This document shows, one piece after another, positions 15,784 through 26,338 of a DNA stretch of 64,000 nucleotides. The translations under genes were made by a program, and so were the position numbers. The notes below the pieces were generated by a model. The model was given only the letters and a program-made list of their open reading frames with translations, did not search any database and had not been told where the DNA came from. Each line of letters opens with the position of its first letter. Position 1 is the first letter of the stretch. The stretch comes from Dictyostelium discoideum (lineage: Eukaryota): NCBI GenBank assembly GCA_000004695.1, contig CM000152.2, positions 1,280,001 to 1,344,000 of the forward strand. The letters run 5' to 3'.

Positions 15784-17232
15784 TTATTTAAATAAATTTA
15801 AATTATAATGATCATTTATAAAAGTTGATAATTGATTAAAATAAAAAATAAAAGCAAATTCAGGTACCATTTCACTTAATAATATATTAAACCAAATCCA
15901 TTTTTCAATTCCACCTCTTTTATAAAGATTAAAACAATAATTGAAATTGAAAATATTTGAATCAACTTTTTTAGATTTAATCAATTTTTCATAATAAATT
16001 GAAAATAATCTTTTTTCATTCTCTCTTCTAAATTCAATTGAACAATTACTAATTATAAATTGAGAAATATCAGAGAATGGACAACCAATACCAACTTCTG
16101 AATAATCTAAAAAGTAAATTTGGCCATCTTTTTTAATTTGATTTTTCTTTATTTCATCACCTTCTTTTCCGACTATAGTGGTGGTAGTAATTGGTATCAT
16201 AATATTACCAGCATGAAAATCACCATGTACCATTGTAAATGGTGTATTGGGTTGATTTATATCAACTCTCTTTTGAAATGATTCCCATTTTATAAAAGAT
16301 TGAAAATATTCATTTACAACCAATTTATATAGATCAACATGTTCTAATTTATTCTCTTTTGATAATTTTTCAATTAATGGTAATGTACTCTTTTCCCAAG
16401 TATTATTTAATTTAATTTCAAAATAATTAATATATTTCTCTTTTCCAATACCATTATAATAATCTAAATTTTTTAACCATGATAAATCATTATTTGAATT
16501 CTCTTGTTGTTGTTGTTGTTGTTGTTGTTGTTGAGATAAAATCTCTTTATCTCTCCAAAAATCAATATGAAGTTTTGAAGTTTCAATAAAACAATTTTCA
16601 ACAATCCATGAAATATCATATCCACTAATATCAACACCATCTGGTATTCCCCAACATTGATTACCCATAGCTAATGATCCTAAAATATATGATGATGTTG
16701 ATAATGATGATGATGATGTTGACGATGGTTTTGGAGATGAAATATCTTGTAAAATCATTGAGAATGAGCCACAATATGTTTTATTTGAATAATAAACTAT
16801 TGGTATAAAAGGATATTTCATTTTATTATTATTATTATTATTTGATAATAAGGATGAAAGATGATATTGATAGAAATCAGCTTCTCTTGATTGTGAATGT
16901 TCAATAGAGAATTTAATTCTATCAAATGATTCAATTACTGATTTCATTATTACAGTTTCTGGAAAAACTTTAAAATTACCACATTCTCTTTTTTGTTTTT
17001 TCCATTTTAATTGAATTCTTTGAATTGATGAATTTAAACCACCATTTAATGATTTCTCTTCAACACTAAAATCAATAACCTCTCCCTCGTATCTACTATT
17101 AAAAATTGATTGAATAAATTCTAATGTTAACTCATTACCATATATAACAGATTGTTGTAACCCAATTGACCTCCTTATCTTTCTATAAATTCTTCCAAAA
17201 TAATATTCATTATAAACTTTTAATGTATCCAT
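15784..17232 (-). CDS. aminoglycoside-phosphotransferase-like small-molecule kinase (CHK/EcKL/choline-kinase-like fold), 482 aa
   Basis: Brenner catalytic motif HGDFHAGNIM and a downstream FLDYSEVGIGCPFSDIS (DxS/E metal-binding loop), characteristic of the APH/ChoK/EcKinase superfamily. Internal Q11 tract. Confidence 0.65.
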   Translation of the reverse strand: MDTLKVYNEYYFGRIYRKIRRSIGLQQSVIYGNELTLEFIQSIFNSRYEGEVIDFSVEEKSLNGGLNSSIQRIQLKWKKQKRECGNFKVFPETVIMKSVIESFDRIKFSIEHSQSREADFYQYHLSSLLSNNNNNNKMKYPFIPIVYYSNKTYCGSFSMILQDISSPKPSSTSSSSLSTSSYILGSLAMGNQCWGIPDGVDISGYDISWIVENCFIETSKLHIDFWRDKEILSQQQQQQQQQQENSNNDLSWLKNLDYYNGIGKEKYINYFEIKLNNTWEKSTLPLIEKLSKENKLEHVDLYKLVVNEYFQSFIKWESFQKRVDINQPNTPFTMVHGDFHAGNIMIPITTTTIVGKEGDEIKKNQIKKDGQIYFLDYSEVGIGCPFSDISQFIISNCSIEFRRENEKRLFSIYYEKLIKSKKVDSNIFNFNYCFNLYKRGGIEKWIWFNILLSEMVPEFAFIFYFNQLSTFINDHYNLNLFK

Positions 17233-17333
17233 TTAAATATTTTTTTTTTTTGATGTCTTACGCTAAATTTTTTTTTTTTTTTGAAAAAATAAAAATAGAA
17301 AAAAAAAAAAAAAAAAAAAAAAAGAGGATTTGG

Positions 17334-17370
<37 letters not shown>

Positions 17371-17683
17371 GAGAATAAAGATTTAAAAAAAAAAAAAAAA
17401 TATTAATTTTCATTTTCAATCAAATAAAAAAGTCAATTTTTTAATAGGTAATAATTAAAAATAGTAACCAAAAAAGAAATAAAAAAAAAAAAGTCATAAC
17501 AAAAAAAGATACCAAACCTCTCAACATAAGATTTTTTTTTTTTTTGAGGAATTGAAAAATCCTGGCAATTTCGAAAAATAGAAAAAAAAAAAAAACAAAA
17601 AAAATAAATTTTAAAATTATTGACAATGGACCAGTAATAATAATAAATAATTTGCCTGTTTGATGATTGTTTTTTTTATTTTT

Positions 17684-17724
<41 letters not shown>

Positions 17725-17915
17725 CATTACAAATTTCTCTCTCTCAGTAATTTTATTTACGCAAAAATAAAACATAATAATTATTTTTTTTTCTTAACAA
17801 ATTTTTACATGTTTAACAAAATATTTATAATAACTTTTTTTTTTTAAAACAAATTTTTACACTATGCAAAAATAAAACAAAAGGTAATATTTATTGAATT
17901 TTAATTTTTTATTAT

Positions 17916-17940
<25 letters not shown>

Positions 17941-17968
<28 letters not shown>

Positions 17969-18013
17969 CTATTATCAGTTAATTTTTTAGTTTTTTATTT
18001 TTATTTTATATTC

Positions 18014-18112
<99 letters not shown>

Positions 18113-18120
18113 TTTTAACA
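17941..18120. repeat. long (ATT)n microsatellite (about 55 units in two blocks) in the intergenic spacer
   Basis: Seen directly; not coding. Confidence 0.9.
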
Positions 18121-18187
18121 TTCTTTAAATTTCAAAAAGAAAAAAAAAAAAAAAAAAAAAAAAGATTACTAATAAATTATTTTAAAA

Positions 18188-19957
18188 TTATGTTTCGACA
18201 TGATTATTAGAAGAACTATGGTGATGATGTTTCCAAGGGAAATGGAAATGGTGATGCTCATGATCACCTTCACTTTTATGATGTTGATGATTGTGATCAC
18301 CTTCTTTTGGTGAACCAAATAATTTAGCGATTGAATGTCTTCTGAAATGATTAAAGAAACCTTTCTTTCTCTCTTTTTCAGGTGAGGTAGAAAGTGGTGG
18401 AGAAATTGAACCATGACTGTCACCTATACTACCACTTGGACTATGTTTCTTCTTTGGTGTACCAATTTTGTGGAGATGACCATGAGGAAGATCAGAAGAT
18501 TGTGACAAAGGACCACTACCAGAACTTAATTCCAAAGCATTTAATTCAACAGGATGGGAAGCAGCTCTTGGCATATTAACCAAATCTGGATTACTTAAAT
18601 TTTTATTCTTCAATTCTAAAGAGGAGGATGATTTATTTAAAGAGGAAGGCTTTATATTCTTTTGTAATGGACTGTTGACAACATTACCATGATTATAATG
18701 TTCAGGAGAGGAAGGTCTTGAACTATCTGGTGAGGGAGTATTTGAAGAAGCTGGTGACATTGATTCACGATATCTATCTTCACATGGAGTCAAACCATGA
18801 AGTAAATGAGAGACTATATAATTGTTTTTCTTTGCTTGTTTGAATACTTTATGTTCCAATAGTTTGGAGGCATTTGGTCTTTTTGAAGGCTCTTTTTGGA
18901 GACACTTATCGACCAAATCCTTGTAGAGATGACTACAGACACCTTTATCCTCTTCCTCTTGAAGTGATGGTGAATTGCCAAATAATAAATTCATAAATAC
19001 TTTTGATGGAGGTAAATCGTAACCTGGTGGTTTTCCTCTGATCAATTCTATTGCAGTGATTCCAAATGACCATATATCAACGCCTTGATTATAGCCACGT
19101 TCTGATATGATTTCAGGTGCCATCCAACAAGGTGTACCAACGATAGTTTTTCTACTACAACATGTATTCTTTTCAAACATTGCACTAACACCGAAATCTG
19201 CCAACTCAATTGCACCATCTTCACCAATTAAAATATTATCACTCTTTAAATCTCTATGAATTCTTTGATGAGAATGAAGGTATTCCAAACCTTTCAATAG
19301 TGATTTCAATACAGTTACTGCCAACACCTCTGGGATACCATCTGGATATTTAAATTTCATAATGTCAGCTAATGAACCACCACCTAAATAATCCATAACC
19401 AACCAAAGTTGATTATTCTCCAAGAAAGAGGTATGATAATGAATGAGGTTTGGATGATTATTACCATTCATTACTTTAACTTCCTTTATAACATCCTTTA
19501 CAAATTGTGGATCCATTTTATCCAATTCCACTACTTTGATTGCAACATTCTCTTTCAATGGTATACAATAGGCTTTGAAAACTCTACCCTCTGTACCTTC
19601 ACCAATTGGTTCTATTAAATTGTATTGATTGGCTTGAGATGGATAATCTGATATAGTTTTAATTTGTTGAAGTTCTCTAATAATTGATTCTCTTCTTTCA
19701 TTAGAGATAACTTCTGAAATATGACTTGGTAATTTCTTTTTTTCTCCTATTGGTTCTTTACCATTGCCACCACCACTACTATTCATTAATTCCTCTTCTC
19801 TTGATGATGAATCAGAATCACTATCTGGTAAATCATGATGATTGGCATGTTCTATTCTATTATGTTGTGCACAAACATAATTATTATTATTATTACTATT
19901 ATTAATTTCCATTTTAAGTTTAAATGATACTTTTTTTTTTTTTTTTAATAACTTCAT
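18188..19957 (-). CDS. STE20-family Ser/Thr protein kinase of the OSR1/SPAK (Fray) subtype with a His-rich C-terminal tail (about 575-589 aa)
   Basis: Complete kinase domain (GEGTEG loop, VAIK, HRDLKSDNIL, DFGVS). The activation segment VGTPCWMAPEI, then GYNQGVDIWSFGITAIEL and CLQKEPSKRPNASKLLEHKVFKQAK, match OSR1/SPAK nearly residue for residue. The first ATG (19957) lies in an A-run; the second ATG (MEINNSNN, about 19912) may be the true start. Confidence 0.85.
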   Translation of the reverse strand: MKLLKKKKKVSFKLKMEINNSNNNNNYVCAQHNRIEHANHHDLPDSDSDSSSREEELMNSSGGGNGKEPIGEKKKLPSHISEVISNERRESIIRELQQIKTISDYPSQANQYNLIEPIGEGTEGRVFKAYCIPLKENVAIKVVELDKMDPQFVKDVIKEVKVMNGNNHPNLIHYHTSFLENNQLWLVMDYLGGGSLADIMKFKYPDGIPEVLAVTVLKSLLKGLEYLHSHQRIHRDLKSDNILIGEDGAIELADFGVSAMFEKNTCCSRKTIVGTPCWMAPEIISERGYNQGVDIWSFGITAIELIRGKPPGYDLPPSKVFMNLLFGNSPSLQEEEDKGVCSHLYKDLVDKCLQKEPSKRPNASKLLEHKVFKQAKKNNYIVSHLLHGLTPCEDRYRESMSPASSNTPSPDSSRPSSPEHYNHGNVVNSPLQKNIKPSSLNKSSSSLELKNKNLSNPDLVNMPRAASHPVELNALELSSGSGPLSQSSDLPHGHLHKIGTPKKKHSPSGSIGDSHGSISPPLSTSPEKERKKGFFNHFRRHSIAKLFGSPKEGDHNHQHHKSEGDHEHHHFHFPWKHHHHSSSNNHVET

Positions 19958-20794
19958 TTTTATGTATTATTTTATTTTATTTTTTTAACACAAAAAAAAA
20001 AAAAATAGGAAAAGGAAAAGGGAAAGAAAAAGAGAAAAAAAAAAAAAAAATAGGGAATAGGGAATGAATTAATAAAAAAAAAAAAAAAAAAAAGTTTAAA
20101 ATAATAACATTAATATTACAGATAATTTAATACAATAGTATAAGAAAAAGAAGAAATTAGTGTAAGTATAATTGGATTAAATTTAAAACGGCTAAATTTT
20201 TTTTTTTTTTTTTTTTCCAAATTGGATTTTTATTTGCCAATTTTAAAAAATAAAATAATAATTAAATAAATAAAATTATAATAATTACCTTTTTTTTTAA
20301 AGTATCGTCAAATTTTATAATTTATCTGTATCTTGAAAAAAAATTTGTTTTTTAATTTTTTTTACTCTTTTGTGTGTAGAAGCTATATTATTATTATTAT
20401 TATTATTACTGTATTATAAGTAATTGCTGACACAAAATATTTTTAAAATAAAATTGTGCGTGGGTGTTGAAATATATATTGGTTTATATATATTTTATTT
20501 ATATGGTGATATTTTTTTATTTTTTTACTATATATATATAATTGCGTTGTTGGGTACTACTAGTATTTAAACTTTAACATTGAATATTTGATTATTCCTA
20601 GTGTTACTATTATTTATATTTTATATTTTATTGTATTATTAGTGGTGGTTCACTTTAATATTTGAAACCAATGTAATCTTTTTATTATTAATTGAATCTA
20701 AGGCTTTTAATATAAAATCAAAAACCAAATAAATAAATAAATAAAAACCCTTCGGGGATATTATAATGAGATGAATGTAAATTTAATATAATGT

Positions 20795-20870
20795 ATAAAG
20801 TGTGGGTGTTGTGGTGTGTGTGTGTGTGTGTTTTTTTTTAGTGTGGGTTTTTTTTCTTTTTTTTTTTTTT
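20795..20870. promoter_or_regulatory. GT-rich G-box / CA-rich (CAE-like) element block about 850 bp upstream of the OSR1-like kinase gene
   Basis: gtgtgggtgttgtggtgtgtgtgtgtgtgtg...tagtgtgggtt seen directly. Established knowledge: Dictyostelium GBF binds such G/GT-rich boxes in developmentally regulated promoters. Confidence 0.3.
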
Positions 20871-20985
20871 TTTATTTTACTAAAATTATTGCTACGGAAT
20901 TACTAATAATTTTTTTTTTTTTTTTTTTTTTAATTAATTTTATTAAGATTTTGATGATTCGTAATTATGGAAAAACTGTTTTTGG

Positions 20986-21032
<47 letters not shown>

Positions 21033-21811
21033 ATTAAAATAATTTATGTTTTGAAAAATATATAATTTGAAAAGTTTTGTTTATGTTGGTTTAATAATTT
21101 TATAAATTATTGTTAAAAATAGATGAAATGTTTGTTATAGTGTCAAATTTATTATCATGACTTGTTTATCTATATTATTTTATTTTTTTTATAAACGAGT
21201 ACTATAAAGGTTGAAAAATTATATACATAAAGAAATATTTATATATATTAAAAAAAAAAAAAGAAATTATTAATATTAGTTCTTTTGGTAACAATGAAAA
21301 TAAAAATAAATGGAAAAGTATTTTTTTTTTTTTTTAAATAAAAACAAAAAAAAAAAAAAAAAATAAAAATTTATTTTAATTTATTTAAATTTATTTTTTT
21401 TATTATTTTAAAAAAAAGTTATAAATATAATCTCGAAAAAACCCTATATTTAAACCAACTTTTTGAGACAAAAAAAAAAATAAAATTTTAAAAAAAATAA
21501 AAAAAAAAAAAAAAAAATTATTATAATAACAAAATGTTTTTTTTTTATTTATTTTATTTTATTTAATTTTATTTTATTTTATTTTATTTATAAAAACACA
21601 AAAAAATAAAAAATAAAAAATAAAATAAAATATAAAAAAAATGTAAATTTATATGAGATAAAAAAATTTAATATAATATAAAATATAACATAATTGTTTA
21701 CTTTTTTTGTACAACATTAATAATAAATTATATGTGAAGAAAAAAAAAAAAAATTATAATTTGGTCTTTTTTTTTTTTTTTTTTTTATAAAAAAAGTCTG
21801 AAATTGACACA

Positions 21812-21847
<36 letters not shown>

Positions 21848-22056
21848 AATAAAAATAAAAACCAATATTCGGGGTTATTTGAAAAATTTTGTGATGATGA
21901 TGGTTAAATGGTGGTGTGATACTTGAGCCATATATACAAACTTTTTTTTTTTTTTTTTTTTTTTTTATTATTTTTTGAGATTCTAGAATTAATAAAACGT
22001 TTGTGATTTATTTGATTGATAGTTTTTTTATTATTTTATTTTATTATTTTATTTTA

Positions 22057-22097
<41 letters not shown>

Positions 22098-22548
22098 CTA
22101 CAAAGAAATAAACTGTACAAGGGTGTTACAAAAATTAAAAAACTAAAATAAAAAAAAATAATAAAAAAAATGAAAAAAAAAAAAAAAAAAAAAGAATCCC
22201 GAAAAAGCTTCGTTAATTTTTTGAAAAATTTTCTTTTAATAAAAAAAAAAAAAATGAAAAAAAGAAATATAGCACCATAATTTTTTTTTTTTTGCCAAAT
22301 CAAAAAAGGAAACAAAATCGGCTCACCATAATACTGTCAGTAGTGGCCAAATCTATATTTATTTTTTTTATTTTTATTTTTTTTTTTAAATTTTAGTAAA
22401 ATCAAAAGAAAAAAAAAAAAAAAAAGAAAAAAGAAAAAATAAAAAAAATAAAAATAAACTGTAAAAAAAAAGAAGAGTTATTTTTATTTCAAAATAAGAA
22501 GAGTTAGCATTATGTGAAAGCTTGATCAAAAATAGGTAATGCATTGTT

Positions 22549-22585
<37 letters not shown>

Positions 22586-22679
22586 GTTTAATTTTAGAAA
22601 ATTAAAAATTAAAAATAAAAAAAAAAAAAAAAATAATTATTATAAACCATATGGTTGTTTTTACCAAAAGTTTTTTTTT

Positions 22680-22711
<32 letters not shown>

Positions 22712-22734
22712 TATAAAATATCAATTTAAAAATA

Positions 22735-23065
22735 TTTTCCAGTAACGTTCAGAGAAAGAATTAAAATATTCGAAAATGATTTTGTAACGTTGCATTTTTT
22801 TTTTTTTAATTTTTTTTTCCACCCCTTTTCCCAAATATTTTTTTGGGCAACCCAAAGTTAAATATTGATTTTTTATTTTACACAGTAACGTAATTTCTTT
22901 GTAATGAATTACATTTTAAAAAAAAAAAAAACTTATTAATTTAGGTTTTGTAACGTTGAATTTTTTTTTTTTTTTTTTTTTTAAAACGTTATAAAAAGGA
23001 ATTTTTTTTTTCAAAGTGTTTCATTAAAAAAAAAAAAACAAAAACAATAACGTTGCTAAATAAAA
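22735..23065 (+). promoter_or_regulatory. cluster of six (T)GTAACGTT(G) motifs (palindromic AACGTT / ACGT core) upstream of the His/Gly-rich gene
   Basis: Copies at about 22741 (agtaacgttc), 22786 (ttgtaacgttgcatttttt), 22877 (cagtaacgtaat), 22947 (ttgtaacgttgaattttttt), 22985 (aaaacgttat) and 23052 (aataacgttgct). Two copies are identical 19-mers except for one base. The surrounding DNA is over 90% AT. Confidence 0.4.
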
Positions 23066-23120
23066 AATAAAAAAAAAAAGTATATAATAAATAATATATC
23101 AAAATTAATAATTAAAAATA

Positions 23121-23711
23121 ATGGAAAATCAAAAACAATCAGAATCAAATAATATTGATAACAACAACAATTCATCATCATCATCACCATCATCTCCAGT
23201 ATTTAAAACAATTTTTGAAAATTTGCCAAGTGATGTAAAGGAAAGAAAACAATACATTTACCAAATTAAAAAAGCTCTTAAAGATGAAAAAAGAAAATTA
23301 AAAGAATCAAAACCTGAAAAGTATGCTAAACATTGCAAGCGTGAAAAACATGAAAGTCATCATTTCCATGGTCTCCACTTCCATCCAGAGCATCAATTCG
23401 GAGGACACCACTTTGGTGGTCATCATCACCATCATGGTGGTCATCATCATCATGGTCATCATCATGGCCATCACCATGGTGGTCATCACGGACATCATTT
23501 CGAAGGTCGTCACGGTCATTCTCAAGATATTCAAGGTTGTAGTACTCCAAATAAAATTAACCTTTTAAATAAAAAAAAACAAGTTTTAATTGCTAAAACC
23601 CAACTCCTTGAAGCAAAAATAGCCACATTGAGTGAAATCAACCAAAATAAAACTAGCACACCACCACCAACTTCAATTGAATCAGTTGTTGGAACTTTTA
23701 GTCAAATGTAA
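23121..23711 (+). CDS. His/Gly-rich protein (196 aa) with a (GHHH)n-like array; candidate metal-binding protein
   Basis: Intact ORF with an ATG start. Central segment HESHHFHGLHFHPEHQFGGHHFGGHHHHHGGHHHHGHHHGHHHGGHHGHHFEGRHGH, a K/E-rich N-terminal half and a coiled-coil-like C-terminus. Antisense and alternate-frame ORFs over it (23307..23568) are artefacts. Confidence 0.5.
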   Translation: MENQKQSESNNIDNNNNSSSSSPSSPVFKTIFENLPSDVKERKQYIYQIKKALKDEKRKLKESKPEKYAKHCKREKHESHHFHGLHFHPEHQFGGHHFGGHHHHHGGHHHHGHHHGHHHGGHHGHHFEGRHGHSQDIQGCSTPNKINLLNKKKQVLIAKTQLLEAKIATLSEINQNKTSTPPPTSIESVVGTFSQM

Positions 23712-24619
23712 TAAAAATATTAATTTTGGATTTTTTTTTCCTTTTTAATTAAACTTAAAAATAAATAAAATAAAATTTAGAATTATTTCAAAATATCAGT
23801 TTTTTTTTTTTTTATCTTTTTTTAATATATTAACTTTTCTGAATCTGTATGTTCATATAAAATTTTTTTTTCTCTAAACCTTTTTCGACTTATTTTAATT
23901 TCATTTTTCTTTTTTTTTTTTTTTTTTTTTTTTATTAAAAATATTACTTTATGAAAATCCAGTAGATTAATAAAAAAAGAATTGGATTTTATTTTTTATT
24001 TTTTTTATTTTTTTATTTATTTATATATTTTTATTTAAATTTTACAATTTCAGAATGTTATTAATATTTTTTTTTTTTAATTTTTTTTAAATTTTTTTTA
24101 TACATTTAAAATTAAAAAATAGATTGATTGATACAAGTTTTTGTTCCATTCTTTTAAAATTTAAGTAAACACACATTTTTTGTTTTTAATAAATTACTAA
24201 ATGTATGTTTACTTAAGTTTTAAAAAAACGATTTTATTTTTTAATTTAATTTTATTTTTTTGTAAAGTTTAAAAAAAAAAAAAATTTTTTTTTTTTCAAT
24301 TTAATTTATAGGATATAACAATTAAAAACTATCAGAAATAAATAAAGATGAAAAATGTAAAAGTAATCTTTTATTTAGTGGTCATTACTCTTATCATTCC
24401 AGTCAACACTTTGTAGGTCATTTTAGTCATCTTATCCATCACAATCATCACCATATCCAACAACTCAATCCATCTAAAACATCAAATAAATAAATAAATA
24501 AATAAATAAATAAACCTTTAAAATATTTTAATGTTTCTTTTTTTTATTTTATTTTATTTTATTTAATTTTATTCTTTTAAAATAAAAAAAAACAAATAAA
24601 AATAATTATTTTATTATTT

Positions 24620-25131
24620 TTAAGTTAAATCAGATAGTTTAACTCCTCTTGGTTCAAGTTTTAATGATAAAGAGAATAAACCTTCATCACTCATTGGAAC
24701 AAAAGAATGGGCAGGTCTTGGTATGATATGAGCTTGATGGGATGGATCAAACGATTTTCTTTTAAAGAGAGAAGAAGAAGGTTGATGATAAATCAAAGAA
24801 GATGACGATTGTGACGATGATGATGATGATGGTTGTTGATTAATGATTTGATTACTTTGACTAGAGATATTATTGATTGTACTTGGTGAAGTACTACCAC
24901 TATTACCATTTTGTGGTGAATTATTAGCAGATCTTGGTGTATTTAAACCATTAGATTTCAAAAGTGAGCCTGAAGTTGGTGATAATGGATTAATACTATG
25001 AATATTTGATGTTGATACACTCTTTCTTCTATTCTTTGTAAATTGTTGGCCTTTAACTAAAAATAATAATTCTTCAGAAATTATAGAAGAAGTATTGGAT
25101 GATGATGTTACAAAACTACCACTACCATTAC

Positions 25132-25175
<44 letters not shown>

Positions 25176-26088
25176 GTATTATCTAATTCACTTGATAAAC
25201 TAAAACTATCACTACCATTACTCTTTTTAATATCTTCTTCACTTGAATTAATTTCACTTGTTGTAACAGCCGATGTTGTAATTATGGTTGGTAGTGAATT
25301 ATTATTATTATAATTATTATTATCATTAACTGATGATACGATTGGTGAGCTACAATTACCACTACCACTACTACTATTTCTACTATTACAATTATTATTA
25401 TTATTAACTCTTGGTAAAGTTGGAGAACCAGCACAACCAAGATCAGATGAATCAGTCATACCATTTTCAGTAGTTTCAACGGATGCTTGTTTTATTGGTG
25501 ATGAAGAGGAAGATGATGATGTTTCTTTTCTTGGTGAACTTAATAAATTTGATGATAAATTTGATTCTAAAATCTTTTCAAAAGTACCCATATTATTGTT
25601 ACTATTATTACTATTGCTATTATTTTGATTTTGATCAATATTACAACCTATACCATAGTTTGTTAATAAATTTAAAGAGATTGGAGTAATTAATTGTTTA
25701 GTTTTTAATGGTAAATATTTTTCACTTTGACTTCTTTCCATTTTAATTGGACTAACTGTATTACTACTATCACCACTACTATTACCATTTTCATTATTAC
25801 CAACACCACTGTTATTATTATTATTACTATTGTTATTAATTAAAGTTGTTTTTGTTGTTGATACTGATGAAGAAAGACCACCAATATTAAAATAATCGAA
25901 ATTAACTTTTTTAGGTGAAGACCAAGTATTGAATGAATATTTTCTAATTGGTTTCTCTTGATCCTCTAAAGTGAAACTTCTATACAAAAGGTCATGTTGC
26001 GAACTCTTTTTCTCTAATGGTATTTTCTTTGTTGATTCAAATTCTGGAATTGAAAATATATTCTTTAAATCTCTTGTATTTGAATTAT

Positions 26089-26145
<57 letters not shown>

Positions 26146-26296
26146 GTGTTGTTGTTTTTATTGAATCATCAGATTTTGGTTGATCAGTTAAAGGTTCTTT
26201 GATTTCATTATCTGTTGAAGATGAAAGTGATGGTAAAATAACTGCTTCAATTTGTGATCTTGGTGATAATAATCCATACATTGATGGACTAATATC

Positions 26297-26338
<42 letters not shown>

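Noticed and set aside
18169-18423. ORF 18169..18423 (-) overlapping the 3' end of the kinase gene
   Set aside because: It is a different frame of the His-rich kinase tail (CAT/CAC repeats). The kinase frame has continuous homology; this one has none.
21880-21925. GTGATGATGATGG as a box C of a C/D snoRNA
   Set aside because: No box D (CUGA) and no terminal stem were found within 150 nt. It is retained only as a low-interest observation.
23307-23568. Three ORFs (23307..23534 -, 23323..23568 +, 23326..23550 -) over the His/Gly-rich gene
   Set aside because: They are alternate-frame and antisense translations of the CAT/CAC/GGT repeat. Only the + frame starting at 23121 has a proper start, flanks and stop.
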